Counted from the whole stretch's first letter, positions 37,103 through 49,353 are shown. The stretch: 62,988 nt of DNA, filler included, from Rhabdomonas costata (GCA_019059605.1; 39 parts of 39 records of this genome joined end to end with filler, not necessarily neighbours in it), one strand, 5' to 3'. Numbers and translations: made by a program. The notes: a model not told the origin generated them from the letters alone.

Positions 37103-39220
37103 NNNNNNNNNNNNNNNNNNNNNNNNNNNNNNNNNNNNNNNNNNNNTTAATTAATTAANNNNNNNNNNNNNNNNNNNNNNNNNNNNNNNNNNNNNNNNNN
37201 NNTTGTTTGGGTAAGGTGGTTGGCTTCTTCAACTCGTACGGCAAAAGCGGTCCGTAAAACTCATGTGCGTAACGGAGTGCCGCTGTAGACAGTGGGTCCA
37301 TCTTGCTGTTGCCATCGGTTCTGTTGCTCTTCGAGAAACTGCCGATTCTGACTTGTGATGAACTGGCCCTCCCTTGAGAAAACTTCAAGCTTTTTGTGAA
37401 TCTCCGTAAGTAGCTTCGAGTTTGCTTGTTCAAAGTGGCTCTTCCATGGCGGTGTCGGGCCCAGATGGCCCGCACAAGCCAACTCGAGGGCTTGGTTGAG
37501 CTTCTCCGGCCTTTCCATTGTCTGATCGGAAGGGTAGGAGGCAAGCATGAATTTTGAGAAGGATGATTGAAAGCTAGGTTCGATATCTTTGGGTTGATAT
37601 GGCGCCGAAAGTAGTCGGGTCTTAATGTCCGCTGAAAGGAATCTTTCCCGCAGCATTTGCGCAAAACCAGCCCGGTTTGTGGTTGGGACTTTGTTAAAAC
37701 CGCAATGCCGCGCGGCAACCTGGTCCGGAAGATGCTTGGTGCGTTGGATCTGGCCATGAAGAAGTATTGGTCGCGGAGGAGACGGCCAATGTCCGAAATA
37801 GAGATCACGGAGATGATTCGATGAAACGACGGGGATATACCGGGCTTACCGGATTGACCGAAGGACGACTCTGCGCACGGTGCTCCACTTGCTGACCCGC
37901 AAATTGTTCCCCGACCATCTTGCTGACCTTAGAAGAGGATCACACCAACAGCTGATGAGGAAAACAAAAGGCAAAAACAGCACAGGATTTCAAAACTTTT
38001 TTCCCGCTGCTACCAGGTGTTACGGGGACCCGGTCCTGCCGAACCCGATCGGCTTTGTCTGGGCTGGTCACTGGCATTTCAATGCGGAGGATCCGTACCG
38101 GAACCCACAGATCCGACCGAACACCCACCCGAATACACGATCTTTCCACCCAAGCGCTTGGCAGCTCGGCCCCATGCCCGTCTTTTCTTTTGGGGGGTTT
38201 GTATAATGGTGCGGGTGCATGGGGTCCCGGTTCGGAACCCCAAATATTTCCCAATTACATCAGCATCTCGTCAATCGCAACCTGAGGCGCAACTTCTCAC
38301 TCCTTAGCAACCCTCCCATGACTGGAGCTCCCCTTCCGCTTTCTGATCCGACACAATCCAGTACCCATCACTTTCCCCTCATCTCAACGCACGCATTGCT
38401 TCCGGATAAGACGTCGTCGTCGTCAAGGGAGCCCTTCAATTGGCATGTCTCATTCTCATGCGTCTGACACAACAGAAGCCGAAAACCAACACTTTCACTC
38501 ATGACGATATTGCTACACAAGTCAAGGCACTGCAAAGCAAAGTCCAGGCAAAAAAAAGGAAGGCGAGCCACAAATCGCGGCAACGACACTTGCATTAGGT
38601 GGTGTGCATCACTTGGAGGTATCGTTGCCAAGACAATGTCCGATTCTGCCCCCTCTCCCCTCACCACAGACCACCCGCGCAGGAGCGACGCGTGCACCGT
38701 GGTACGAAACCCAAAACCCNNNNNNNNNNNNNNNNNNNNNNNNNNNNNNNNNNNNNNNNNNNNTTAATTAATTAANNNNNNNNNNNNNNNNNNNNNNNNN
38801 NNNNNNNNNNNNNNNNNNNGGGGGGGGGGTGACCTATGTTTGTACACTTCTGTACAGTGGACAGGGGACGCAAACCGACTGTTCATGACACCACTAAAAA
38901 GAGATTGGTGTGGTATGATGTGTTCTTTATCCGTGCAAAGTGTGCACAGAAATATATGGAGACAGGAATGGAAGGTTGGATTTTAGGAAAGCATGGGACA
39001 CGGCTACGTCACTGTGATTGCATGCTTAAGCGGTGCTACTAATAACGAGAGCAAGCAGATATGGCTCCGTATGGCAGATCACTTTATTGTAACTTTACCT
39101 GAGGAATTATTCACTCCCTATTCACTCAATATATCGGGTCACTTCTTCCACACCATAAGTCGAGATAGGCTGGCCGTTCGGGGCTCCGCTTGCAGCGCTG
39201 CTTCTTCTGCTCTACGTCAG

Positions 39221-40110
39221 GTGCAGCTTGTGCGAGAGCTGCAGCAGCTGCGGGCGACGAAGAAGATGCTGGAGGAGAGCGGGGCCCCCGCTGCCGCGGT
39301 GGAACCCGTGCAGAAGCTGATCACCGAGAAGGACCCCCACATCGACCCCGAGTGCCGGGAGCTGCTGCAGGGCTGGCCCGAGCTAAAATCCAGCTATGCC
39401 CAGGACAACCTGGTGTGCAACTGTGTGTGTTGGGAGCGGCGTAGCTGGGTGATGCTGCTTGCATCGACCGGACGTCCAGACGGCAATGAGCTACTTGGGA
39501 GCTCATCCCCCTCCCCCTCGTTTTTCGAAGGTACGGCATGTCAAACTGATCAACATTGCACCAAGCATCCGAAAGAAAGTAGTAAGGCTTGGAGCATTGT
39601 TGATCCGCGCCAGCGTATTTAATCCAATAAACGCCGACTTCAGCTGCAGTCTAGGAATAAAGCCACTCACGAAACGACTGGCCGACACAGCGGCACAGGT
39701 CCTGTGTGCCGCACCTTTTCTTCCCAACAATACACAGAAGTCATGGGCACTGGGCATGATGGACCGCTTAGCGGCAGTTTCCTTCGCAAACCCCACAGCA
39801 ACAGAGCCGAGGGGTAGGCACATTTCAAGAGCAGTACAATTTTCGGTTCTATTAGTGCACATTGTCGGGAGGGGCCAAAGATAAAATCGTGGCCTGAGAA
39901 AGGGTGGTAAAACTTCGGTTAAAACCTCTCTAACACTCATGTGCTCGCATCCAGGAAGCCCACGGGTTTCTTTGTCGGTCAGGTATACCGAGTGCGCGAC
40001 AAGGAGATCCGGGTGGAGGTCTCCAAGCGCTCTCTTTCGGGCACCCGCGTGCCCAAGGTAGCGCTGCCGTCCTTCCAGGACGACGGAGAAATCCTCCGTT
40101 GGCTGTGCAA
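39221..40110 (+). CDS. icmF: Fused isobutyryl-CoA mutase (IcmF)-like protein, exons 39221-39412 and 39983-40110
   Basis: Spliced VQLVRELQQLRATKKML...IDPECRELLQGWPELKSSYAQDNL|VYRVRDKEIRVEVSKRSLSGTRVPKVALPSFQDDGEILRWL matches the IcmF linker motif (W...Y...xRDKEIR...SLSGxxIxKVxLPxYxDxGxILxW) that precedes the mutase domain; phase-0 GT-AG intron 39413-39982. Confidence 0.85.
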
Positions 40111-40446
40111 GTGTGCTTTTGGGGAGGGGAGGAGTTGGGGGCCCGCTACAGAGAGGCTGCCGACCGCTCAGGCCGGCTGGCCTTACTCCTGAAAATGAGT
40201 CCATCCCACTCGTGTTGATTTTCTGTCTTGTCGCAACCTCTCCTAGTCCTTTCTCGCTGCTGCCTCAATTTCCGTGTGCGCATTTATTTGCCGCTGCCAC
40301 CGCCATGCAGACACTATCATAGAAAACTACACAACCACANNNNNNNNNNNNNNNNNNNNNNNNNNNNNNNNNNNNNNNNNNNNTTAATTAATTAANNNNN
40401 NNNNNNNNNNNNNNNNNNNNNNNNNNNNNNNNNNNNNNNGTGGGGG

Positions 40447-40564
40447 GGGACAGAAAATGAACTCTAACAGGGTGTGCTCCCATGCAAAAAATCCAGAACC
40501 CCCGCCACGGTATCCTGGATTTTTTGCATGGGAGCACACCCTGTTAGAGTTCATTTTCTGTCCC
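40447..40564. repeat. About 50-bp perfect inverted repeat with 18-nt loop at contig start
   Basis: 40447-40496 is the reverse complement of 40515-40564. Confidence 0.9.
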
Positions 40565-40811
40565 TCCCTTCCCTTTCCGTTTTGTGGCCTCTGGGGCATC
40601 CGCTGGACATGAGCGTTATGGAGGTGTGGTGCTCAGCCGCACTTCTAAATCACTGGGCTATGGCGTCCAGAGGGCTTCTATAAGGAGCGCTCTGTAAATT
40701 CTGTTGGGGATGGGCAGCCTCAAGAGAGAGTCCGTGCATGGGTGAAGATGAAGATGAAGATGAAGGTGAAGAGCTGCATTTGAATTCCTTGCTGTCATCT
40801 CCTGCATATAG

Positions 40812-41477
40812 GTTCAGTGCCCAGCGAGCGGGTGCAGAACTGCATCAAGCAGAAGCACCCCGAGCTGTACGCCTCCGTTGTGGGCTCGGAGTACGCCAAC
40901 CAGTGGCACCGTTTCATCAAGAAGCACGCGGACATCTTCGAGCTGATCTTCCACGAGGGTGAGAACAGAAGCCTGCCTCGGTCAACCCTCCACCGCATCT
41001 TCCTTCACCAAATCCGCTCAGAAGCAACCTTTAAGCGAACCGCAAACAAACTTTCCACAGTCTTTCCTCACCGCTTTCCGTTTTGCTTGTGCCTCTTCGT
41101 TGCTCTTCTGCGCTGTGGTCGTGGCGAGCGCTGGACGGTTACAATTGCCACATCTTCACCTCTGGCTTCTTTTTTCAAGAAGCCTTAGGTTAAGATGTGG
41201 CAATTGTACAATTGTATTGGCAACTTCGACTGTTGTTGCACGCCACAGCGACACCTCGTGGACGCACTTATGTGCATCCAATCGCTCAGGCTGCTGGTAT
41301 CAGAAGGGCTCGAAGCGCTTGAAGTCACACCACACATATACACACAGGATACGGCTGCTGGAGCACACTCAGTACAAGGCTGCCGACGAGGAGGAAGCTC
41401 GTGAGAGGGAGAAGAAGGAGCGCACTATTCGGCTGTGCCTGGAGCGTTTCCTTGTGGAGCACGAGGATGACGTGACG
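40812..41477 (+). CDS. Unknown protein (possible winged-helix/LOTUS-like helical domain), exons 40812-40958, 41290-41296 (micro-exon), 41348-41477
   Basis: SVPSERVQNCIKQKHPELYASVVGSEYANQWHRFIKKHADIFELIFHE-GCW-IRLLEHTQYKAADEEEAREREKKERTIRLCLERFL; AG/GT boundaries, GC3-rich. Confidence 0.7.
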
Positions 41478-43842
41478 GTGCGTGGCCTGCACTCTCTTGT
41501 CACCATCCGGCCTGCCACCCGAACAACCCGCTTCCTTCGTTTGATGTCCCGCTGCCATTGCACATTTCATGAAGACTTTTATCTCTCGTTAACATGCACC
41601 TTGTGTATGGCTCAATCCTGATCCAGCTGGGTGTTGGTTTGTTTGTCCCGTCCCATTTCGCCCCCCCCCCCTTCCCAGTGGACCATTGAAATAGGAAGGC
41701 TGGGCCCGTTTTGGGGATCCCAAGACCAGAGCTCAGAATATAGCGTCTCTGCACCTAAGCGCTTTAAAGCAACCAGGGCTTTGATCTTTGACAGGAACAT
41801 ATTACTGCAACCTGTAGCTGCGTGGGGGTGTTTTGCGGCAGCGTCACCCCATATATTGGGAAGCAAGGGTCCTACTGGTCTGTGTTTGTGTGGGGCAACC
41901 GGATGAGCAACTTCAGCACATTTTTGTGCTCACCCGGGAGGGGGAGGGACAACAAANNNNNNNNNNNNNNNNNNNNNNNNNNNNNNNNNNNNNNNNNNNN
42001 TTAATTAATTAANNNNNNNNNNNNNNNNNNNNNNNNNNNNNNNNNNNNNNNNNNNNGTGGTGGGTGTGTTTGGTTGTGGTGTGATGCGAAGTGGGGTGCT
42101 TCGCTGGAGAGGGGCTGAAGTGTGGTGGGGAGAAGGGCATCCCCGTTTGCTCCATTTCTTGCGTGAAGACGGACAAACGGGAAAGGAAAAAGAAAAGTCA
42201 AACGGAAGGAAAAAACCAGAGAAGCCAAAAAGGAGACGAGGGTGTGTGGAAGCTCCGTAAGATTTCCATTCCTTTTCATGAGAGCTGCGTTGTGGACAGG
42301 ATACCGACAAGACAGTGGGTAGGGCAGCACCCACAACCGGGTAGGACACGAACACTTGCAGAAGCAAAAAGCCATGCATGTTCACAGGAAGGCCGCAAGC
42401 GAATCTTACCTCACAGTGACAATTCAGGAACTAGTGGCGGAACTGCTCCGTGCTGGGCTTCATTTTTCCTCATCGATCTTCTGCCGATTTCTCGCAACGT
42501 TTACAATCCGCTTTACAAAAAGACCAACTCCCAGGAAGCCCTCATTATTTTGCTTCCACAGAGAGTTGGGGTTGTGGTGGGGAAGGGGAGATGGATACTT
42601 TTTGCAAAGCACAAAAGGACAAAAACTCCTATTTGGCTAGAAAAAAGGTGCAGCCAAACTGCACGGAAAAAGATTGCTAACTGCTTTGCTTCCAACCTTA
42701 GAGTCCCCCTCCCTAGGGTCTGTTGTATCTACATCAAGCAAGGAAGGCAGTGAGGATGTCCCTTTCTTCGATGCTGTGTTTCCATTCAATCTGACACAAA
42801 CACCTCAGACCAACTCAGACTTCCCATGAAAATGTTTACCACATTCCTTTCACATGCATTCATTCGGTCCGACCTCTGAGGCAATGGGTTGGATTCAATA
42901 TTCAGGTGCCCCGGCAACGCGCAGCTCTGACGTCTCTCGCTGCTTTTATTCGCCTCTACATTCAGCACGTTTTCATGTGAACAGTACCTTCCTTAGAGAT
43001 TCCGCAGCCCCGAATTTTACTTCCCTCAGGGAAGGGAACCAAATTGGTTTGTAGTGAACGATTCGACACACTAACAACACTTGTCCCATAGTCCACTTGT
43101 ACCATTCTTTCTCCTTGAATGCCGCCATCATCCCATCCTTCTCAGGTCCCGATGGTACCGTAAATCCCTCACAAGCGGGCAATAACCCCGAGTAAACGGT
43201 TTTGCCATAGCTTGGGTGTCAGGTTGTGAGTGACTTCTGACTCCTGCGGAACGGCCGTTACAGGGCAGGAAACCATCGAAAACACTCAAAGGTGGGCAAA
43301 AACCTGCAGGAAGGGGGGGTCGCAGCGGGTAGGCGTCATCAGGAGGAAGACTCACGCCAAGCTTCATAAGCTGGTCACCACGGCCGCAAGCCATGGGTGT
43401 CATGAAGAACATGTACCCGCTCCCAAAAAAAACACGACATCAGCCAATTTCCAAAGCCCTCCCAAAAAAGGGCGGAAAAGGAAACGATATCACATAATTC
43501 ACAGTCACCACAAAAGCATCCAGAAAGCAGCCCGTACCACGCAACACCCCTGCCAAACTACGGCAGCCAGATCGNNNNNNNNNNNNNNNNNNNNNNNNNN
43601 NNNNNNNNNNNNNNNNNNTTAATTAATTAANNNNNNNNNNNNNNNNNNNNNNNNNNNNNNNNNNNNNNNNNNNNGGGGGTTGTGGGCACTTCGGTGACAA
43701 ACTCTGATTTCGGGGTTTCGTGCCTGAGGTAGGACACATTTTGGCGGAACTTTTCGTCCGAGTTGAACGCGAGGGAATCCATGCGTTCGCAGACGCTTTG
43801 CCCAAAAGCGCTTACTCTGCGCCCTTGCCACACTCTCTGCAG

Positions 43843-43977
43843 ATCAAGGGATCCGGGAGAACGGTCCCCGCGACGCGCTGTTTCTCCTGGATGTGGTGTG
43901 GAGTGAGCTGCTGGGGTCCCGGGGGAGTTTGTACCAACTAGTCCCCGAAGCCCTGGCCAGCCGCTCGGACTTCAACG
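43843..43977 (+). CDS. Exon of unknown protein
   Basis: CTGCAG acceptor, QGIRENGPRDALFLLDVVWSELLGSRGSLYQLVPEALASRSDFN, GT donor; 135 nt. Confidence 0.5.
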
Positions 43978-44659
43978 GTGTGTGCGTGCGGGGGAATGGG
44001 GAATGGCTGCCGCCAGCATCCAGGAGTTCACAGGTGTCTATCAGAACAACAAACAAAGGGTATGCGTTTCCATTGAAAATTGAAAAATGGAGGAATTGTT
44101 TTCCTTTCAAAAGTCAAAAGAATCAACAGCAACGACAGTAAAAGCGAGGCCTTCCTGCCCAAACGCCCTCCACAGCACAGCTTCAATTCTGCCTCTATTC
44201 CGCGCTTCGGGCATGCCTTGCAACGATCAGAGATATGTTCAAATACACAGCGATAGCGCTGAAATAGGGAGCAGGGGGATAGGGAAGGAGGGGTAAGGTG
44301 TGAAGTTAAGAAGTGAATGAGGAGGAGCAAAAAAAACTGAGAGTGTTCAGGGTGGTTGTGCTGAAGGTCGGGCGTTTCCATATCTCTTGCTTAAACCGGC
44401 ACCTAGTTCCGCCCAGCCCTATTATAAGCTATTATAAGGCAACCTCCACCCGGAAGTCTTTTTACCTGTTTTATGCCGCTGGTCTCAGAATCGTTGTGCA
44501 AGAGGAGCCAAGCCCGTAGTTAACGTTTTGGCCTGGGAGACAAAATACGGTACGGCGATTTTTTTTGGAGTATATCTCCTGCTCTTTCGGAATTTCTGGT
44601 ACACAACGCAAAGGCGAAGTTTCGGCGTACAGAGCAGTGTTTTTGTGCGAGAGATAGGA

Positions 44660-44748
44660 GTGTTTGGGGTGCACGGCGTGTACCTTTAACCCCAAAACTT
44701 CAGTCGACGCCCTTACTGCTTTGATTTTGTACCGCTAGTTAGTTAGTT
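44660..44748 (+). repeat. Interspersed repeat copy A with (TTAG)n tail
   Basis: GTGTTTGGGGTGCACGGCGTGTACCTTTAAC is homologous to 45301-45331 on another contig; followed by TAGTTAGTTAGTT. Confidence 0.65.
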
Positions 44749-45300
44749 TACGGTGGAGCCCAGTGTATTTTGCGACCAGTCAGACCAGTCAGCGTGATGT
44801 ATACATTCCGAGGGGTGACTTTCCCTTTTAGGCACACATACACATTCACTCAATCACTCACATTATTTTTTGTGCCGTTTCCGGGAAAGGCGAGTGGCTG
44901 TATGCGTTCACCGCATCCTCTGCGGTGAGCGAGGCAACGGCCGTGCAGGCACTGTGGGCCAGGTGCGTCTACACCTTCTACAACGGTATGGACTTGCCTT
45001 TCTTCACCCCACCCCACCCCAAATTTCCCCGTTATCTGTGGTGGGGTACAGACCTTTCGGTGACATATCACACGCTCCTCTTGAGTGTAAAGCCCTAAAA
45101 GACCTTACCGCTCTTTCTTCTCCAGCTCCGTTCCTCCCAGCTCCCATCCTCCCATTTCTCTCTCTCTTTCGTTTATCGCCTCTCTTCAAACCCNNNNNNN
45201 NNNNNNNNNNNNNNNNNNNNNNNNNNNNNNNNNNNNNTTAATTAATTAANNNNNNNNNNNNNNNNNNNNNNNNNNNNNNNNNNNNNNNNNNNNAACAGGC

Positions 45301-45498
45301 GTGTTTCGGGTGCACGGCGTGCACCTTCAACGTCAACCATCAACCGACACTGACTGCCCTGATTTGCCGCTCAGCCCTTAGCTTGATCTGCTCCAAGCCT
45401 GCTTTGCGAAAGTCTGTATTACGGCTGGGTGTTCCGCATTAAGGGTTTGGAAGAGTTTGGAAGGCTTCCCACCTTAGTTAGTTAGTTAGTTAGTTAGT
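45301..45498 (+). repeat. Interspersed repeat copy B with (TTAG)6 tail
   Basis: GTGTTTCGGGTGCACGGCGTGCACCTTCAAC, with a TTAG array at 45474-45498. Confidence 0.65.
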
Positions 45499-46254
45499 CC
45501 GTGAAAAAGGTGGTTTGAGTGAGCACATGGGTTTAAAAACGGAAGATGCTGAAATTTGTATTTCCAGAGCTTTTCCCCGCACGCATCGTGGTCCAAGAGC
45601 TTTCAGCCGCACTGCATGCGTTTGTGGTCCTCCAAAGGTCTGAATAAATTGTGATTATTACTTGATGTTTTATGCAATAGAGAAGTACTTAGTTCGCTGT
45701 GCGCCCCTCGATCCCACTTTGCCGAACTCGACCTCAGGCTCCAACTCAGGGGAGGTAAGGGAACTATGGGACTGTATGGGACTGCTCGCATTCTTCAAGA
45801 ATTTAGGGTTCCAGTTGTCTGCTCGCACTCTTCAAGAAATGGGGTTCCAGTTGTTCCATTTTTTGATGATCCATTATTAATTCAAAAAGACCAGCCGTTG
45901 ATCCAAAACTTTTCCGGTGTTTTTCGGGTCCTTTTCAGACTTACAGGTACACAGTGCAGGCCAAGGCGAAGAGTCGTTCACGCAATGCGGAGCTCAATAA
46001 AAGTCTGGACTGTCTGTTGGAGCCCCGTCATAGTCGAGGGCATGTAGACGTCAGGAGGCATGCCCGTAGAAGGAATAGAGGTCACGAAGCGTAGTGTAGA
46101 GGAAGTAAAGGCACGGAGGACATGTCGAGCGCAGCTAAGGCAGGCCGTAGTAGAAGAGGAAGGGCATCGCAGATAGAAGGCCCTTTCTTACTCCCTTCAC
46201 TCTCTCGTACCTGGTAGGATTGCCAACATCAACCTTCACTTCTCACTTCAACCC

Positions 46255-46811
46255 CTCAAAGCATCAACATCCTCAACTCTGACACACGAAGCACTAACAA
46301 AGCAGCATCAGACATCCAACTTACAACAAGCACTAAACATACACTTGAGACAGAGACACACCTGGTAGGAGACAGGAAGCACTAACAAAGCGTAAGACAT
46401 CACACCGTAACACCAACAGGTACAAGCACTAACACAGCAGTAGACACTGACAGCATCACAACAAGCACTTACCCTACACTACCAACATCCACACATCCTC
46501 TGACACACAACCACTAAAGAAGCGCTGAAAACACAGGAATACATGAAGCACTAGACATGCACTTACCACCAACAGACACCCTACGACACCTGAAGCCCTC
46601 AACATCCTCAACATCCACACATCCAACAACAGGAAGCACTAAGAGAGCGTAAGACAACAGCAGGAGACGTGAAACACTAACGATGCACTGACAACCACCA
46701 ACATGACATCCAACCACACCACAAGGCCCTCAACCACCACCAGCAACCACAACCACATGCAACCACTAACAGAGCGTAAGAGACAGGAACACACATAGCG
46801 CCACAACCAAC
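46255..46811 (+). repeat. A/C-rich degenerate repeat array with AAGCACTAAC-type motif
   Basis: About 10 variants of AAGCACTA(A/C), often followed by AGCGTAAGAC, at irregular spacing. Confidence 0.7.
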
Positions 46812-46995
46812 NNNNNNNNNNNNNNNNNNNNNNNNNNNNNNNNNNNNNNNNNNNNTTAATTAATTAANNNNNNNNNNNNNNNNNNNNNNNNNNNNNNNNN
46901 NNNNNNNNNNNGTTTTGTTTTTTGTTTTTTGACCTCTTTCCCTTTCTGGGACACCCCATTCATCTCACCCCACCCAATGTGTGGTTTGTTTTCAG

Positions 46996-48192
46996 GCAGC
47001 TTTCGGACATGGGGCTGACGGAAGTGGACAGTGCGTTCAACGGGATGGAAGCGGTTGAACTTGCAAAGAAGCGCAGGTGTTACTCCACCCTTGGTTGTTC
47101 TGGTCAACTTTCTGAGTAAGTTATTGTCTTATCGTCGGGACCTAAACTTGCCTTTACCGCGGCGGCACCTGCTACCGTGCAGCCTGGATGAGTTACCCTA
47201 AGCACTCCACAACCTTTGATGTGCCAAGGCGGGCACCCCCCACCTACCCACCGGGCCATGCTACTGCCTCGACACCCTGAGTTAGTTGCAGGCAGATTCT
47301 GCATCTTCGATGTGCCGCCAGGCGCATGCAGAACTGTCTTTGACTGCCCTTTTTGATGAAGGCACGTCCAGGGGTCGAGAGCGTAACCCATTGGATAACC
47401 CAGAAAGACTGTGTGGTGATAGTGCCCCCCCCACACACACACACACCGTACACACACAGTTGCAGTTGAGAATCTGCATTGTAGAACTCAATATGTAAAT
47501 ATGCAGAGCTGGTTTAACTTGAAAACACAACATAGTACGGAGCACTCGAGATGTTCTATTACGGGGAGCTCATTCCGGGGGACCTCATTCCGGAGAACTG
47601 ATCAAGCGGTGAGATGTCCGATTTACTGCCTTCAAAACTCCAGCTCCCTCCCCGTTACGACAAATTACCGAACCCCCAAAACAGCATTCCAGACATGAGA
47701 AATACTCCTTGCCACGCGATTGCAACAAAACTCTTTTGTACAGTCGTGCAGCGCAGCCAGGCGCTACACACTCAACTCGTCCTCGACGATCTCTAATACG
47801 CCTCTAACACCACTGTGGTGATATCCCGTAGAACTGGGAGGGGCGACTCCATAAATTGCAAAAACGGAAAGGAGTTTGGGACAGGGGTGCTCCGCCGGAG
47901 CTGAGATAAAACTGGTGTCTTTTGACCCCACAGCTATTCCGTTATCCTGATGGACGTTGTGATGCCCGTGCTGGACGGCATGGACGCCACGAGGCAGATT
48001 CGGGGCCTCCCGGGGTACGCCGAGGTGCCCATCGTTGGGCTTTCGGTGGACCGCTCCGCGGAGGACGCCCTCCAATGCCGGGAGGCGGGAATGACGGAGG
48101 TGCTGGTAAAGCCACTGAGCAGCCAGGCCTGGCGTTCCATCGCCAGCTTTGTGGGAAGACAAGTCCCGTTCGGAAAGGGGCAGCAGGCGTGA
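46996..48192 (+). CDS. C-terminal response-regulator receiver (REC) domain, exons 46996-47076 and 47934-48192
   Basis: [41 protein letters not shown]...PIVGLS...CREAGMTEVLVKP; phospho-Asp, Ser and Lys positions intact; phase-2 intron; stop at 48192. Confidence 0.93.
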
Positions 48193-49115
48193 GTCAGCGA
48201 GAGTTGAAGAGAAGGAATTTTCAATCTTGGAGGAGGAAGAGCGCCTGGAGGAGACCAAGGTTTCTTCATTGTGTGCAAGCAGTGCGTTTTGCTTTCCCTC
48301 GTCCTTTCTGTTTTTTCTTTTTGGTTTCCTACTTGTAGTTGCTTGTTGTCTCAACGCAAGCGTGTGCCCTGCTTCCTTCCCGCATTCGTTCTGATTCTTA
48401 CGAGCCACCGAAGCAAACCCCCGAACCCCNNNNNNNNNNNNNNNNNNNNNNNNNNNNNNNNNNNNNNNNNNNNTTAATTAATTAANNNNNNNNNNNNNNN
48501 NNNNNNNNNNNNNNNNNNNNNNNNNNNNNAATTTTAAGAATGTGTTTTCTATGTTCTGCCAAAGCGTCTGGTTGCAATACAAATGTTCTAGAACACCTGA
48601 TCAACTCAGGTCACCTTTTCCCTGTGAAAGGAGGATAAATTGTCTTATTTTGGGGTTGTTTTTTTTGGGAGGGAGGGAGTTCTCAAATATTATACATTAC
48701 AAGATGGCCTTTTCCGGTGACGTCTAATGTCAGTGAGTGCTTCCCTCATAACGTGCACTTGGTGGGGTGAAACTGGGGCCGGAAACAGCGTAAATCGGTA
48801 CGAGCACCGTTTCATGTGAAACATGAAACATGGTTCACATGCAATTTCCCCCTTGATCCTTTGGCTTCTTTGTTTCTAGCGCTGGTTACCGGTGGATGCG
48901 TCTCCACCAATTGGAGATTCTAATGTTCTTAACGCACCCCGCTTCCTCGCATAACCAGACAATTTGTGATATTTGAACAAATGAGGATTCGATTCCTGAG
49001 CGAATATCCCTGAGAGAATATTTTCAACTTTGATGGTTACGGCACATCCATATTTGCCTCGTTCCCACACTGTACCTCCTGTTCAACGTGCCCTGAATCC
49101 CACTATGTTCCACAG

Positions 49116-49353
49116 TGTGTCGGCGGCGGCGGCGGCAGCGGCTCCCTCGAGCCTGCTGAAGGCGAACTATGAGGAGGTGGGGCGAGTGCTGGGCCGTGGT
49201 GGGTGCGGGTCCGTGGTGCTGGTGCGCAGCCGCACCGATCTCCAGGATTACGCCCTGAAGAGGGTCCGGCTACCTGCCGGGCTGCCCGCGCCGGAGCTGG
49301 CCAAGCTGACCCAGGAGGCTGTCCTGCTGGCCCGCTTGGACCACCACAACGTG
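49116..49353 (+). CDS. Ser/Thr protein kinase N-lobe exon (eIF2-alpha-kinase- or NEK-like)
   Basis: LGRGGCGSV glycine loop, YALKRV (catalytic Lys), QEAVLLARLDHHNV (alphaC Glu, HxN); donor runs into a (GT)n tract. Confidence 0.9.

Noticed and set aside
37203-37808. Overlapping minus-strand ORFs, possibly retroelement-derived (similarly 58757-59700 and 62032-62781)
   Set aside because: No recognisable RT, endonuclease or clear zinc-knuckle motif; cannot be assigned without a search.
38195-38242. tRNA-like A/B-box pattern (GTATAATGGT...GGTTCGGAACC)
   Set aside because: Spacing is too short for a cloverleaf, and no anticodon arm or acceptor stem can be built.
45782-45853. Small tandem or dispersed duplications (also 17251-17294 and 52843/53043)
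   Set aside because: Two-copy local duplications with no further structure; ordinary for intronic or TE DNA.
47107-47117. ACTTTCTGAGT resembling the start of the Euglena spliced leader
   Set aside because: Only 11 nt match, then the sequence diverges; it is intronic and compatible with chance.
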